Program-made: the position numbers and the translations under genes
From: the human T2T-CHM13v2.0 reference genome, Homo sapiens
Direction: 5' to 3' (one strand)
Assembly (NCBI RefSeq): GCF_009914755.1
Contig: NC_060925.1
Length of the DNA stretch: 64,000 bases
Notes under the pieces: generated by a model
The model's database searches: none
What the model was told of the DNA's origin: nothing
Seen by the model: only the letters and a program-made list of their open reading frames with translations
Shown: piece after piece, positions 27,622-42,350 of the stretch
Layout: every line of letters begins with the position of its first letter
Numbering within the stretch: position 1 is the first letter of the stretch

Positions 27622-28592
27622 CTCCTCAAAAAGCCACAATTAGAACTACCATAAGATCCAGCAATCCCACTGCTGGGTATATATCCAAAGGATATGAAAT
27701 CGATGTATCAAAGAGACAGCTGCACCCCATGTTCATGAGCACTGTTCACAACAGCTGAGAGACGGCATCAATCTGTGTCCGCAGATGAAAGAATGGATAA
27801 AGAAAATGTGGGCCACATTCACAACAGGAGACTATTCAGCCTCAAAAAAAGAAGGAAATCCTGTCATTAGCCACAGCGTGGCTGAACCTGAAGGACATTA
27901 TGTTAAGCAAAATAAGCCAGACACAGAGAGACAAATACCACATGATCTCACTTATATGTAGAATCTACAAAAGTCGCACTCACAGAAGCAGTGAGCAGAA
28001 CGGTAGTCGTCATGGGCTGGGGGTGGAGGGCTGGGGAGATGTTGGTCAAAGGACACAAAATTTCAGTTAGACAGGAGGAACCAGGTCAAAAGATCTCACG
28101 TATCACATGGTGACTCTGGTGAATAGCAATGTATTGTTTTCTTGAAAATTACTAAAAGACACTCGGGAGGCTGAGGCAGGAGGATTGCTTGCACCCAGGA
28201 GTTTGAGACCAGCCTGGGCAACAAAGTGAGAGCTCATCTCTACAAAAACATCAAAAAAGTTAGCCGTGTATGGTGGCACGTGCCTGCGGTCCCAGCTACT
28301 CAGGAGGCTGAGGCAGGAGGATCACTTGAGTCTATAGTGAGCTGTGATGGTGCCACTGCCCTCCAGCCTGGGCAACAGAGCAAGACCCTCTCCCCCGCCA
28401 TCCAAACAAAAAAAAAAAAAGAAAAGAAAGAACATTTCTAAGAGATTAGATTTTAAGTGTTTTCAACCAGAAAAAAAAAAATAAGCCTGTGAGATAATGC
28501 ATAATTAGCTTGATTGAACCATTCCACAATGTAATCAAAATATCATGCTGCGCACCATCAATATGTACGATTTTTAATGGTAAATTAAAAAG
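27622..28592 (+). mobile_element. L1MA-family 3' end (ORF2 tail and 3' UTR) interrupted by an AluJ (~28160-28430)
   Basis: tagaactaccataagatccagcaatcccactgctgggtatatatccaaagg...gacaaataccacatgatctcacttatatg...acaaaatttcagttagacaggagg. Confidence 0.88.
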
Positions 28593-28601
28593 AGAGAAAG
28601 A

Positions 28602-29267
<666 letters not shown>

Positions 29268-30130
29268 TCAACACGTGAGCAAGTAGATAAGCACGGTCCT
29301 TTCGGAGACTGATGAGTGCTACAGAGACAATGAAACAAGACCCTAGGATAGAGAGGGAAGGGGCGATATTGGACGGATGCCTGGGAAAGGCCCCTTGGGC
29401 GACATGTCACCTCGCCCAGCAGACATGAACAGAGACCTGGGTGACTTGAAGGAGTCTATGACCATGCGAGGCAGAGGGACAGCCTGAGCAGAGGCCCTGG
29501 GGTGGTGCAGGCTTGGCTGTTGGAGGAACAGAAAGGCCAGGGTAGGTGGCGCTGCTTCCTCACAGGCCAGTGATCTCACTGCCTTTTGGGGGCACCAGCC
29601 CAGCCCTCTGACCCCACCCTGCCACTTAGGAACACCAACACAGTGAATTCTCTGCTTCCCCTGTCTCCTGAAACTCAGCCGTCTTTGACTCTGAACTTCG
29701 GATCCAGGGTCACAAGATGAGGATTCCTGCCTCATGGAGACCAGGCCATGGGAAGGACCATGGCCCACCCCAGGGCAGGCTGGGAAAATCCCCAAGAGAC
29801 AGGGACCTCAGGCTGCGGGGCTGCCTCCCTGTGCCCCCACCCCCGCCTGCCTGGGCTCAGGTGTCCAGACATGTGCCAGTCTCTACCTGGGGTGGGGTGC
29901 CCTGGCAAACAGAGCTTACCCAAGAGGAGATGATGCCATGGCCTCCTGGCCCAGAGACCAGCTCTGCCGAGGTGATGGGGCAGCGTGTCACAGCCGCGGG
30001 GCAGGGGGCCAGGCCGCCCCTGCTCAGAGAAAGGCAGGAGCTTTGTCAGGGGCTCACGGCTATCCCACCCTCCCCAGGCCTGTCTGGAGACCTGAGGGAA
30101 GGGGGAGGGGGAAGAGAAAGAGGCTGGAAA

Positions 30131-30163
30131 GGGGGAGGGGGAGGGGGAGGGGGAGGGGAGGGG
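30131..30163 (+). repeat. (GGGGGA)n G-run repeat, potential G-quadruplex
   Basis: Six G4-5 runs separated by single A. Confidence 0.85.
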
Positions 30164-32032
30164 CAGGAGCACCTCTTTAAGCAGGTTTTATGACGGTTGG
30201 CAGCTCCACCCGGTTGGCAGGGGTTTTGGATTGAGATGTCTTGGTGGAGACAGTCGGGCGGGCGGAGGGTACCCACCCCGGAGGTGGCACAGCAGGCGGC
30301 TCAGCCCGGCAGGCTTCACACCTGCCCACTGCCTTGGGAAGAGGTAGCTGGGTGTGTCTGGCAGCCCCTTGATGAACACCAAGGTGTCAGGTACCTGCCC
30401 CTGCCTTTGGGCCACACTTCCCTCCACAGGGGCAAATCCAACAGCCCCTCTCACGCTTGTGACACCCCAGTGACTCCATGCTGCTCGACCTCACACCTTT
30501 CCCTGGCCATCCTGCCTGGAACGTCCTTCCCGAGCCTAACACCCACCTCTGCCTGTCTAAGCCCTGTCCACCTCCTGCTAGGTGTTTGGGACTCAGCCCC
30601 AGAAGCCTCCCTGGTCCCTCCCTCTCTCCTGCATTGGCTCCGTCCTGTCCCCTCCGTCCTCCAGCACAAGCGACAGCTCTTGTCTGCTCCTCGCTGGGCT
30701 GACTGTGCTGTGTCCTCCAGGGCAGACCCCAAGGGGGACATGTCTAATTCATGTCCACATCCCCGTGCCTGGCACAGAGAAGCTGCTCAGGAGACATCAG
30801 ATGAACGAAGAAATGAGGGATCCAAGAAGCCACCAGTCAACCTGATGCCCACCCCTCAACCAAGTGATCAAACTTGGCATCACCCAGCGTGGGCAGCCTG
30901 GCGGGACATGTGCCAAACAAACCACACAGCATCGTCCAGGCTGGCCAACATTTTAACACGACCCCAGCCAAGCAGTAGGACCTGACTTCCAGTTTACAGA
31001 AAACCCCCAGGTAGAGGAACCGGCTCATTGCTATGGGGAAAAGCCGGGGGGAATAGCAGGGGGAGCTCTTTTTGAATAAAAGAGAATGAAAAGACAACTA
31101 AATGCCGTGTGTGAAGGAAAAAGGACATCAGTGTTTCTCTGGAAACCACTCATTGTGCCCTGCCCTGCAAGGTCCCTTAATGACCCCAACCCTGTTTGCT
31201 CATCTATAAAATGGGGGAATAGGCTGCGCCATGAAGCCACAGAAGAGCAGGCAGAACACGTGGGAAGCTAGAGGGCTCTGGAAAGAGGGAGCTGGAGCCC
31301 AGGGTTCAAGGGGGGGGTGGGAGGAGGAAGGGGGTGGGGCTTCATGGTGGGAGGAGGAAGTGTGGAGGGGAGTGTGGTTGAGCCAGGCTGGAGGACGGGG
31401 ACAGGGCTCTGGGATGAGTCTGAGCCAGGCCTTGAAGGAGAGGCGAGTGTAGGTGGCAGGTTAATGCAGGGTTTCCACTTCCACCCCTGGGGGCTGACAA
31501 GGAAAGACTCTGACATTGACCAGAGTCACGGCAGCAGCTCCCAAACCCACTCCGAAGCTGGCTACTGGGGGGTCATGGCTGGACACCCAGGAGAACCATG
31601 GGAGCCAGGGCTGCACCCCAAAGCAGGACCCCTGCACCTCCCATCTCACAGCAGCTTGCAACTCCCAAGGAGGAGCTTTGCTGGGCTGCGGGGCACTCAC
31701 CTCACCTGCCACAGCGCACCTCAGTGACCTGTGTGTATATATTGAGCAGATCGCTATGGTTTGGGGTTTGGGAAAGTTTTAACATCAGGGTCCCATCTCC
31801 TCCATCACACTGGGGGCTCCTCTATCAGGCTGGGGGCACCGAGGATGGGCTCCTGCTTTCTCATTCCTCACAAGATCCAGGCGAGCTCATTCAGGGGAGA
31901 GTGACATCTGACTAATGTGGTCACATTTCTGTGTCACTGACATTTGTCAAAGCCTTTGGCTGCACGGGTGGCCTTCAACACTAAGCCCAGAACTCACCCA
32001 GGCTCCAGACAAACTCAGCTGGCTCAGGACTG

Positions 32033-32568
32033 GGACAACCATGCCCCCACCCCCACTCCACCACAGATCCCAGGACCACCATGCCCCCACCCCAACTCCA
32101 CCATAGTCCCTAGACCACCATGTCCCCAACCCCCACTCCACCACGGATCCCAGGACCACCATATCCCCCACCCCCATTCCACCACAGATCCCTGGATCAC
32201 CATATTCCCCACCCCCACTCCACCACAGATCCCTGGACCACCATTCCCCCACCTCCCTCTCCACCACAGATCCCTGGACCACCATCCCCCCCCCCACCCC
32301 CACTCCACCACAGATCCCTGGACCACCATATTCCCCACCCGCCACTCTACCTCAGGTCCCAGGACCACCATCCCCGCCACCCCCTACTCCACCACAGATC
32401 CCAGGACCACCATTCCCCCACCCCCCACTCCACCACAGATTCCTGGACCACCATCTCCACCCCCAACTCCATCACAGATCCCAGGACCACCATGCCCCCC
32501 ACCTCCCAGTACATCACAGATCCCTGGGCCACCATGCCCCCCACCTTCTACTCCAACACAGATTCCTG
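32033..32568 (+). repeat. C-rich ~39-bp minisatellite, about 13 degenerate copies (CCCCACTCCACCACAGATCCCAGGACCACCATGCCCCCA)
   Basis: Recurrent cacagatccc[a/t]ggaccaccat core. Confidence 0.93.
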
Positions 32569-32969
32569 GGTAGCAGGCGCCATGCCCTAGCCTTTGGGTG
32601 GGTTGTTGGCTGAAGGAGAGCCACTTGCTCCTGTCTCTGGTAGCAGGGACTTGTCCATCCTGGGCAGCCCCCCTCCAAGACAAAGTCCTACCTGTACAGC
32701 CTCACTGCTGAGCTGGGCAGGACAGGTGGCTCAGCACCTTTGGGGGATGCTAGGAGCAGGAAAGAGGCTGGGGATCTCCGGGCCAGAACAGGGCAGGGAG
32801 TCAGGCTCAGAGGCAGGGCTTCTGGGCTCTTACCTTGTTGTGGAATGAACCCTTCAAAAAAGGGGCCCAAGACTTCAGGCTCTGCAATGAGATAAATCTC
32901 TGGCATCAGATAAATATCTGAATTACATTTATCTGATATTGCTGCTCTACTACTTCCCTGCTTGTGAAC

Positions 32970-33118
32970 TCAGGGAAAATACTTACCGTCTCTGAGTCTC
33001 AGCTTCCTCATCTGTAAAGTGGGAATGATACATCTACTTTGAAGAGCTACTGTAAGAATAGAGAAGTCAAATAAGTTGAAGCACAGAAAGTGAGCCTGGC
33101 ATAGTGAGGGCTTGAAAC
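32970..33118 (+). mobile_element. MIR fragment whose 3' tail abuts the CAC/CAT array
   Basis: tctcagcttcctcatctgtaaagtggg...gcctggcatagtgag. Confidence 0.75.
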
Positions 33119-33122
33119 CCCT

Positions 33123-36100
33123 ATCAACATCATCGCCACCACCACCACCACCACCATCATCATCACCACCATCACCACCACCACCATCATCATCATCACC
33201 ACCACCACCATCATCATCCCCACCATCACCATCACCACCACCACCATCACCACCACCACCACCACCATCATCACCATCACCACCACCACCACAACCATCA
33301 TCACCATCACCACCACCACCATCATCATCATCACCACCACCATCATCATCATCACCACCACCACCATCACCACCACCACCACCATCACCACCACCACCAC
33401 CATCACCACCACCACCATCATTACCACCACCACCACCATCACCACCACCACCATCACCACCATCACCACCACCACCATCACCACCATCACCACCATCACC
33501 ACCACCACCATCATCATCATCACCACCACCACCACCATCATCACCACCACCACCATCACCACCACCACCATCACCACCATCACCACCATCACCACCACCA
33601 CCACCACCACCATCATCATCACCACCATCACCACCACCACCACCATCATCATCACCACCACCATCATCATCACCACCACCACCACCATCATCATCATCAC
33701 CACCACCATCATCATCACCACCACCATCATCACCTCCACCACCATCACCACCATCACAACCACCACCACCATCACCATCACCACCACCACCACCACCATC
33801 ATCACCACCATCACCACCACCATCATCATCATCATGATCACCACCACCACCACCACAATCATGATCATCACCACCACCACCATCACCACCACCACCATCA
33901 CCACCATCACCACCACCACCATCAGCAGCATCACCACCATCACCACCACCACCACCGCCATCACCACCACCACCACCACCATCACCACCACCATCAGCAT
34001 CACCACCAGCACCACCACCACCACCATCACCATCACCACCACCACCACCACCACCATCAGTATCACCACGACCACCACCACCATCACCACCACCACCATC
34101 ACCACCACCACCACCACCACCATCACCACCACCACCACCACCACCATCATGATCATCACCACCACCACCATCATCACCACCACCACCACCATAACCACCA
34201 CCACCATCATCACCAGCACCACCACCATCATCATCACCACCGTCATCACCACCACCACCACCATCACCACCACCACCACCATCACCATCACCACCACCAC
34301 CACCATCATCACCACCATCATCACCACCACCACCATCACCACCACCACCATCACCATCATCATCACCACCACCATCATCATCACCATCATCACCATCACC
34401 ACCACCACCATCACCACCACCACCACCATCACCATCACCACCACCACCATGATCACCATCACCACCACCACCATCATCATCACCACCACCACCACCATCA
34501 CCACCACCACCATCACCACCACCACCATCATCATCACCACCACCACCACCATCACCACCACCATCATCACCACCATCACCACCACCACCACCATCACCAC
34601 CACCACCATCATCATCATCACCACCACCACCATCATCATCACCACCACCACCATCATCACCACCACCACCATCACCACCATCACCATCACCACCACCATC
34701 ATCATCATCACCACCACCACCATCACCACCACCACCATCACCACCATCATCACCACCACCACCACCATCACGATCACCACCACCACCACCATCATCACCA
34801 CCACCACCATCACGATCACCACCACCACCACCATCATCACCACCACCATCACCACCACCACCACCACCATCACGATCACCACCACCACCATCACCACCAC
34901 CACCACCATCACGATCACCACCACCACCACCATCATCACCACCACCACCACCATCACGATCACCACCACCACCACCATCACCACCACCACCATCATCATC
35001 ATGATCACCACCACCACCACCATCATGATCATCACCACCACCAGCATCATCACCACCACCACCACCATCACCACCATAACCACCATCATCATCACCACCA
35101 CCACCATCACCAGCATCATCACCACCACCACCACCATCACCACCATAACCACCATCATCATCACCACCACCACCATCACCATCACCATCACCACCACCAC
35201 CACCATCACCACCACCATCACCACCACCACCACCACCGCCACCACCACCATCATCACCACCACCACCACCGCCATCACCACCACCACCATCACCACCACC
35301 ACCATCACCACCACCACCATCACCACCATCACCACCACCATCATCACCACCACCACCATCAGTATCACCACCACCACCACCACCACCACCATCAGTATCA
35401 CCACCACCACCACCACCACCATCACCACCACCACCACCACCACCATCATGATCATCACCACCACCACCACCATAACCACCACCACCATCATCACCACCAC
35501 CACCACCACCATCATCACCACCATCACCATCACCACCACCACCACCACCATCACCATCATCACCACCACCACCACCATCACCACCACCACCATCACCATC
35601 ATCATCACCACCACCACCATCACCACCGTCATCACCATCACCACCACCACCATCACCACCACCACCACCACCATCATCATCACCACCACCACCACAACCA
35701 TCACCATCACCACCACCACCATCATCATCACCACCACCATCATCACCACTACCACCATCACCACCACCATCATCACCACCATCACCATCACCACCACCAC
35801 CACCACCATCACCACCACCACCATCATCATCACCACCATCACCACCACCACCATCACCACCATCACCACCACCACCACCACCACCATCACCACCACCACC
35901 ACCATCACCACCACCACCACCACCATCACCACCACCACCACCATCATCACCACCACCACCACGATCACCACCACCACCATCACCACCATCATCACCACCA
36001 TCACCACCACCATCATCATCATCACCACCACCACCATCACCACCACCATCACCACCATCATCACCACCACCACCACCATCATCACCACCACCACCACCAC

Positions 36101-37068
36101 CATCATCACCACCATCACCACCACCATCATCATCATGATCACCACCACCACCATCATGAACATCACCACCACCACCATCATCACCACCACCACCACCATC
36201 ACCACCATAACCACTATCACCATCATCACCACCACCACCATCACCACCATCACCATCACCACCACCACCACCATCACCACCACCACCACCACCACCACCA
36301 TCACCACCACCACCATCACCACCACCACCACCATCACCACCATCACCACCACCATCATCATCATGATCACCACCACCACCACCATGATCATCACCACCAC
36401 CACCATCACCACCACCACCACCATCACCACCATAACCACCACCACCATCATCATCACCACCACCACCATCACCACCATCACCATCACCACCACCACCACC
36501 ATCACCACCACCACCACCATCACCACCACCATCACCACCACCACCATCATCAGCATCACCACCACCACCATCACCACCATCACCACCACCACCATCACCA
36601 CCACCATCACCACCACCACCACCATCAGTATCACCACCACCACCACTATCACCACCACCATCACCACCACCACCATCACCACCACCACCACCACCACCAC
36701 CACCATCACCACCACCACCGCCACCATCACCGCCATCACCACCATCACCACCACCACCATCACCACCATCACCACTACCACCACCACCACCACCACCATC
36801 ACCACCACCACCACCACCATCACCATCATCATCCACCACCACCACCATTACTGCCATCATCATCATAATCACCAACACCAGTACCATCATCATCACTTCC
36901 ACCACCACCATCAAAATCACCAAGACCATCATCACATCGTCACTATCATCACCATCATCATCATCACTTCCACCACCATCACCACCACCAACATCACCAC
37001 TACCACAATCATCACCACAACTAGAACCACCATCATCTCCACCACCACTATCATATTATCATCATTAC

Positions 37069-37113
<45 letters not shown>
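33123..37113 (+). repeat. ~4-kb interrupted (CAC/CAT)n trinucleotide array ending in pure (CAT)n
   Basis: Directly visible; about 1,330 triplets. Confidence 0.98.
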
Positions 37114-37114
<1 letters not shown>

Positions 37115-39148
37115 TGAAAAGCAGGGAAGAGTCCCTGGGGAAAGAAACTGACACACTACCTGTGCTGGCCCCACTTAGAGCAGGGGTCAGGTGCTCTGAG
37201 ACCCACTCACCCTGTCACGGGCAGGAATGGCCCTTGTCCATCCCAGCACTTGGCACCCAGTAGGTGCTCAGCAAGTGTGGGTTGAGTTGGTTTAATCCAA
37301 AATACGAACAGAAGGGGCTAATGATCACTAGTGCTGGGGGCAGTTCTCTCAGGGGGCAGGGCTGGGGAAGGCCAAGAATCTGCATCATTGCCCAGCCCTC
37401 CAGGTGGCTCTCTTGGAGAAGGAAGGGGAGGCCTCCAAGGGCTCCCAGGAGCACCAGGGGAAGGGCTGGTCTCTTCCAATCCCCTTGTGTTAGAGATAGG
37501 CAGGGCCTGGAGAGGGGCGAGGTCATGCAGGGAGCCAGGGCAGCCGTCCACTGCAGCCAGGCCACCTCCTCAAGCCTTCCCTTGTTCTGCTGTCTCCCTC
37601 TTCCTGCCTCCCAGCCTCTCCCAGCCACACCCTGCATCTGCAGCCCCTCCCAGCTCCCGCCACCAAAACACCTGGCACCAGGCCTTACCCAAGAAATTCA
37701 CCTGGTAGCCTACACTGGCTGCAAGACACACCTAGGCCCTCAGGGGCTGGCCTCCCTCCAGAACCCTCCACAACAGCCCTCCTCGACCCCTCTGAGATTC
37801 AGCTTTCTCTACTTAGGAACCCCTGTCTTGAACACCACCTCCTACAGGAAGTCCTTCCTGATGCCTGGACACCATCCTCCAACCAGATGTGATTTCTCCT
37901 TCCCTTAAAATCCCTTCATCCAGGGACACCTGGCTTTGAGTCTCGTGCTGCAGGACTGGGAACAGGTTCAGTGGATGTCTGCTGGTCGCGCCCTGTGCCA
38001 GGTGCTGTGGGTGGCTCACAATAACGGTCGTGTGGTGGTTAATGACAGGTCCTGCTGGCTTGTCCAGGCGTTGTGTTAAGTGCTTAGCAGCCATAATCTC
38101 AGTCAGTCCTCCCATAGGTAGTAGTACTCCCTCTGTAGGGATGAAGAAACTGAGGCCCAGAGAGGCTGAGCAATTTGCCCAGGGTACACAGCATGGCAGA
38201 TGGCAGAGCCAGTCTGACACCAAAGCTCCCCTGTAAAATCCCATCTCTGTTTTTCAAGCTCGTGCCTGGATAAGCTGGGCTGGCAACCCAGCCTCTGAAA
38301 CCACCTCCTGGTCTGGGACCCACCCACCTGCAACTTGCAGGAGGCCACGCCCACAGGATCCTCTGGTGCTTTCCCAGCCTCTCTTGCAGCTGCATGGTCA
38401 TGGGACCTAGCTCAGCCAATCAGATGCACTTGTGCAGATTTGACCCCAGAGCCAGTGATGCAAAGAAGCAGGATCTAGGTAGGGGCAGGTGGCATGGTGG
38501 TGGCTGTGGGCACAGCCATGTTCTGTGTCTAGAGTGTGGCAGCCTGTGTTGACCAGTTCTTTTAACAAGAAGGAAGGGAGGGAGGGATGCTGGGTAGCCG
38601 GGGTGGACAGTCACTGGCATCGCTGCACAGCCACAGGCATTCCCAGGGGCTTCAGGGACCTGCCCTGCCCTGCCCAACCCCAGGACATGGGGTGAGGGGA
38701 CGCTCACAGGGGCTTCCAGGAGAGCTGTCCTGAGAAGAGGACTCAGGGACCAGCAAACCCTGCTTCCTCTGGACCTGCTAGGGACTCTGAAGGACACCGG
38801 CCTGGGGACAGAGCCCACAGACTCCTCAAAGGCCCGGGTCCCTGCAGGCCTGAGCTGCCGGGTCAGACTCCTGGGGCCAACCTGCCCCTAGACTTGCTGA
38901 CACGTGCCCAAGACCACAGTAAGTTCCCCTCACTGTCCAGGCCGCTTTGCATTGGGTCTTCTGCCACTTGCTACCACACGCCTCTCAGCGCCCCACCCTC
39001 CGGCGGTGACACCAATGTCCTCTTGTTCCCTGGGACAGAGCCTGGACGCTGTCTCAGTGAGGGTGCAGTGGGTAAGCTTGGCAGTCAGCCACCAAGTCCT
39101 TAGAGCTCTCCAAAGCTCAGTTTCCTCACCTGGAGAGTGGGCTCCTAA

Positions 39149-40045
<897 letters not shown>

Positions 40046-41199
40046 GGAATTGATCTGCCATTTTCAGCCAGGTCAGCCTCTGGGACAATAAGTTCTTTGT
40101 GTCTGTCCCCACAGTCCTGGCCAGTCAAGTCTGTATATTTCCCAGGTAATGTCCAGCTGGACTGCGGACCAAGATGAGGTGGCAAAGGGTATGGTCTTGG
40201 ATTTGGACTTAAATCCCTGTTTGTCACTTTGGACGGAGTGGCCTCAGTTTCCTTGTCTGGAAGATGCAAGTAATAGTGCCGGCCTCACGGGGTGGTTATA
40301 GGATGAAACTCCCCGTAAGCACTTCCCACGGAGCGAGGCACACCTTGGCAGGTAATTGCGGTGTGGGAAGCACCTGGCGGCCCAGCCCTGGTCTGAACAG
40401 CACCTACGCCCGCTTCTTGATGAGGCTGTGGGCCTGGTAGTGCCTGATACCATGATCTTGTGCAAGGCCCTGCCCCTCCTGGGCCTCAGTTTCCCTGTCT
40501 GAGGTTGGTTGGATCTGACCCCTGAGGGTCCGCCACCCTTCAGGAGTTAATGGAATGAAAACAGCCATGGGCATGCCAGCCGTCTTGTGCTGATGGCTCT
40601 CCCAGGCCGGACGCCACCCTGCGTGGTGCTCAGAGCAGCACGACATGGCAGGGAAGGAAGCCCAGCCTGGGCCCATCCCTGCCCGCCCCTCTGGTTCAAG
40701 GCTGCCTTGCCTTCCCTGGCAGGTAGGCAAGCGCAGTCCAGGCTCCGGGCCCCACCATCCCAACCCTGGAACGTCAGGCCCCAGGGAGGCAGAGGGCTCT
40801 CCCCTCTGAGCCACCGCTGTCCCCAGGGTCCGTTTGGATTCTGAGAAACCTGTCTGCCATTCTTACCGCAGTCCAACCCTGCGGCTGGGGTGCCAGCCAG
40901 GGTAACCGGGAGGAGGACGGGGTGGTTCCCAGCCGGGCCCTGGAAGGCTTCTCAGAAGCCTCTGTTCCCACATCAGGGAGATGTGTCTTAGAACCCACAA
41001 CTCCTTGGCATCTGCTCAGAGCTGGGCACTTTGCAAACAAACATGTCACATCTATCCTGTGAGGCAAGGCTGCTGACTGCCTTTTACAAGGGGCAAAACT
41101 GAGGTTGCTGGGGAAGCAGCTTGTCCAAGGTCGCATAGCCAGAATTAGAACCCAGGACTGTCTGACACCAAAGCCCTTGAACTTTCCACCTGCCACCCA

Positions 41200-41400
41200 G
41201 CCCATAGAGTTGGAAATGACCGTTGACATTGTCACCTCCCAAGTGACACATCTGAGGCACGGCCAGTAGACTGGCCTCTGCTTGGATACCTCCAATGACA
41301 GGGGACTCACTACCTCCAAACAGCTCTTGTCACTGTGGGAGCCCTGCTGTCAGCTGTGTTTTCCTTAGACGGAACGGAAACCGCTTCTGTGAAGACCCTT
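41200..41400 (-). mobile_element. L3/CR1 fragment
   Basis: gcctctgcttggatacctccaatgacaggggactcactacctc. Confidence 0.6.
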
Positions 41401-42026
41401 CCTGGGAGTAGGTCCTTCATAACTCCAATGACGCACTTCCAGCGCCGCCTCTGTGCCAGGCTCTTGGTGAATCCAATGAGGCATGTTTGCTTTACACATG
41501 AAACCGAAGGCCTGGCCAGGTGAAGGGCTGTTGCCCAGCCAGCCCTGAACCCAATCTGGCCCCAGACTCCAACCTCAACCACTTTCCACCCAGCCCTGGC
41601 TTCGGGGCCCCATGCAGAGCTGGCAGGTGTGGTGGGGCAGAGGAGGGAGCGGCCTCAGAGAGAGGAGGCAGGGAGGGGCTGGGGAGCCGCCTGGAGCAGC
41701 CCCCACCCCCTCCCCAGGACTCAGCACAGTCCTGTGGAGAGGAAACGCTGCAGAAAGGCGGGGGCCTGAGGCTTCTGGAACCTGCCTCCCCTGCTCACAG
41801 CACTTCAGGGCCCTCGTGGCGCTCAGATTGGCCCCTTCACCAGCCCCTCGACGTCCCTGTTCCTGACACTCCAGGCCTGTCCTGGCTTCCAGGCAAGGGC
41901 ACCTGCTGCTCCGACGGCCTCCATGTGGGAACCTGTGTCTGGGACTTGTCTCTCTGAAGCAGAGGGGGCTCCCTGAGGTCAGGGCCTGAGCTGGCTTAAC
42001 TCAGCACGTCCTGTGAGCACCTGTGC

Positions 42027-42350
42027 CAGGACTGCCAGATTTAGTCAATAAAAATACAGGCTGTCCAGGGAAGTTTGTATTTCAGAGAAACGGTGAGTCA
42101 TGTTTTTTTAGTATACTCCATACTAAAGACTGTAATAGTTCAGGGCGCTGGCTGAGCCCCCTGTAAACTTGGCACCTGGATCTAATTCTGGTCCTGTCCC
42201 AGCCCACTGGGCTCAGGAACCTAGCAAAGCACAGATCCCACTGCCCGATACCCGTTGTGTGTCCCGCCACCGTCAGAGGTTTACATGTATTTGGTGTTTA
42301 TGTGAGATTCAGATTTAACTTGGCACCTTGAATTTCACCCAGCAGCCCTA
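42027..42350. mobile_element. MER53 palindromic hAT MITE whose centre is replaced by a 144-bp local copy (42137-42280)
   Basis: Left arm tgccagatttagtcaataaaaatacagg...tttttagtata; right arm tgtttatgtgagattcagatttaact...cagcccta. Confidence 0.8.

Noticed and set aside
30197-30985. Longer non-repeat ORFs in GC-rich intergenic DNA (262 aa here; also 48812-49591, 1100-1804, 37264-37908)
   Set aside because: No recognisable domain or homology, Pro/Ser/Gly/Trp-rich composition, and length expected by chance at this GC content
31944-32683. Pro/His-rich repetitive ORFs
   Set aside because: Translation of the 39-bp minisatellite
32970-37151. Very long ORFs (1321, 1261 and 1105 aa; poly-G/D, poly-V/M, poly-T/I) resembling glycine-rich or mucin/extensin proteins
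   Set aside because: They follow automatically from a CAC/CAT triplet array being open in several frames on both strands; no splice structure, promoter or non-repetitive domain
41261-41276. Short palindrome GGCCAGT-AG-ACTGGCC
   Set aside because: A 7-bp stem inside an L3 fragment is expected by chance
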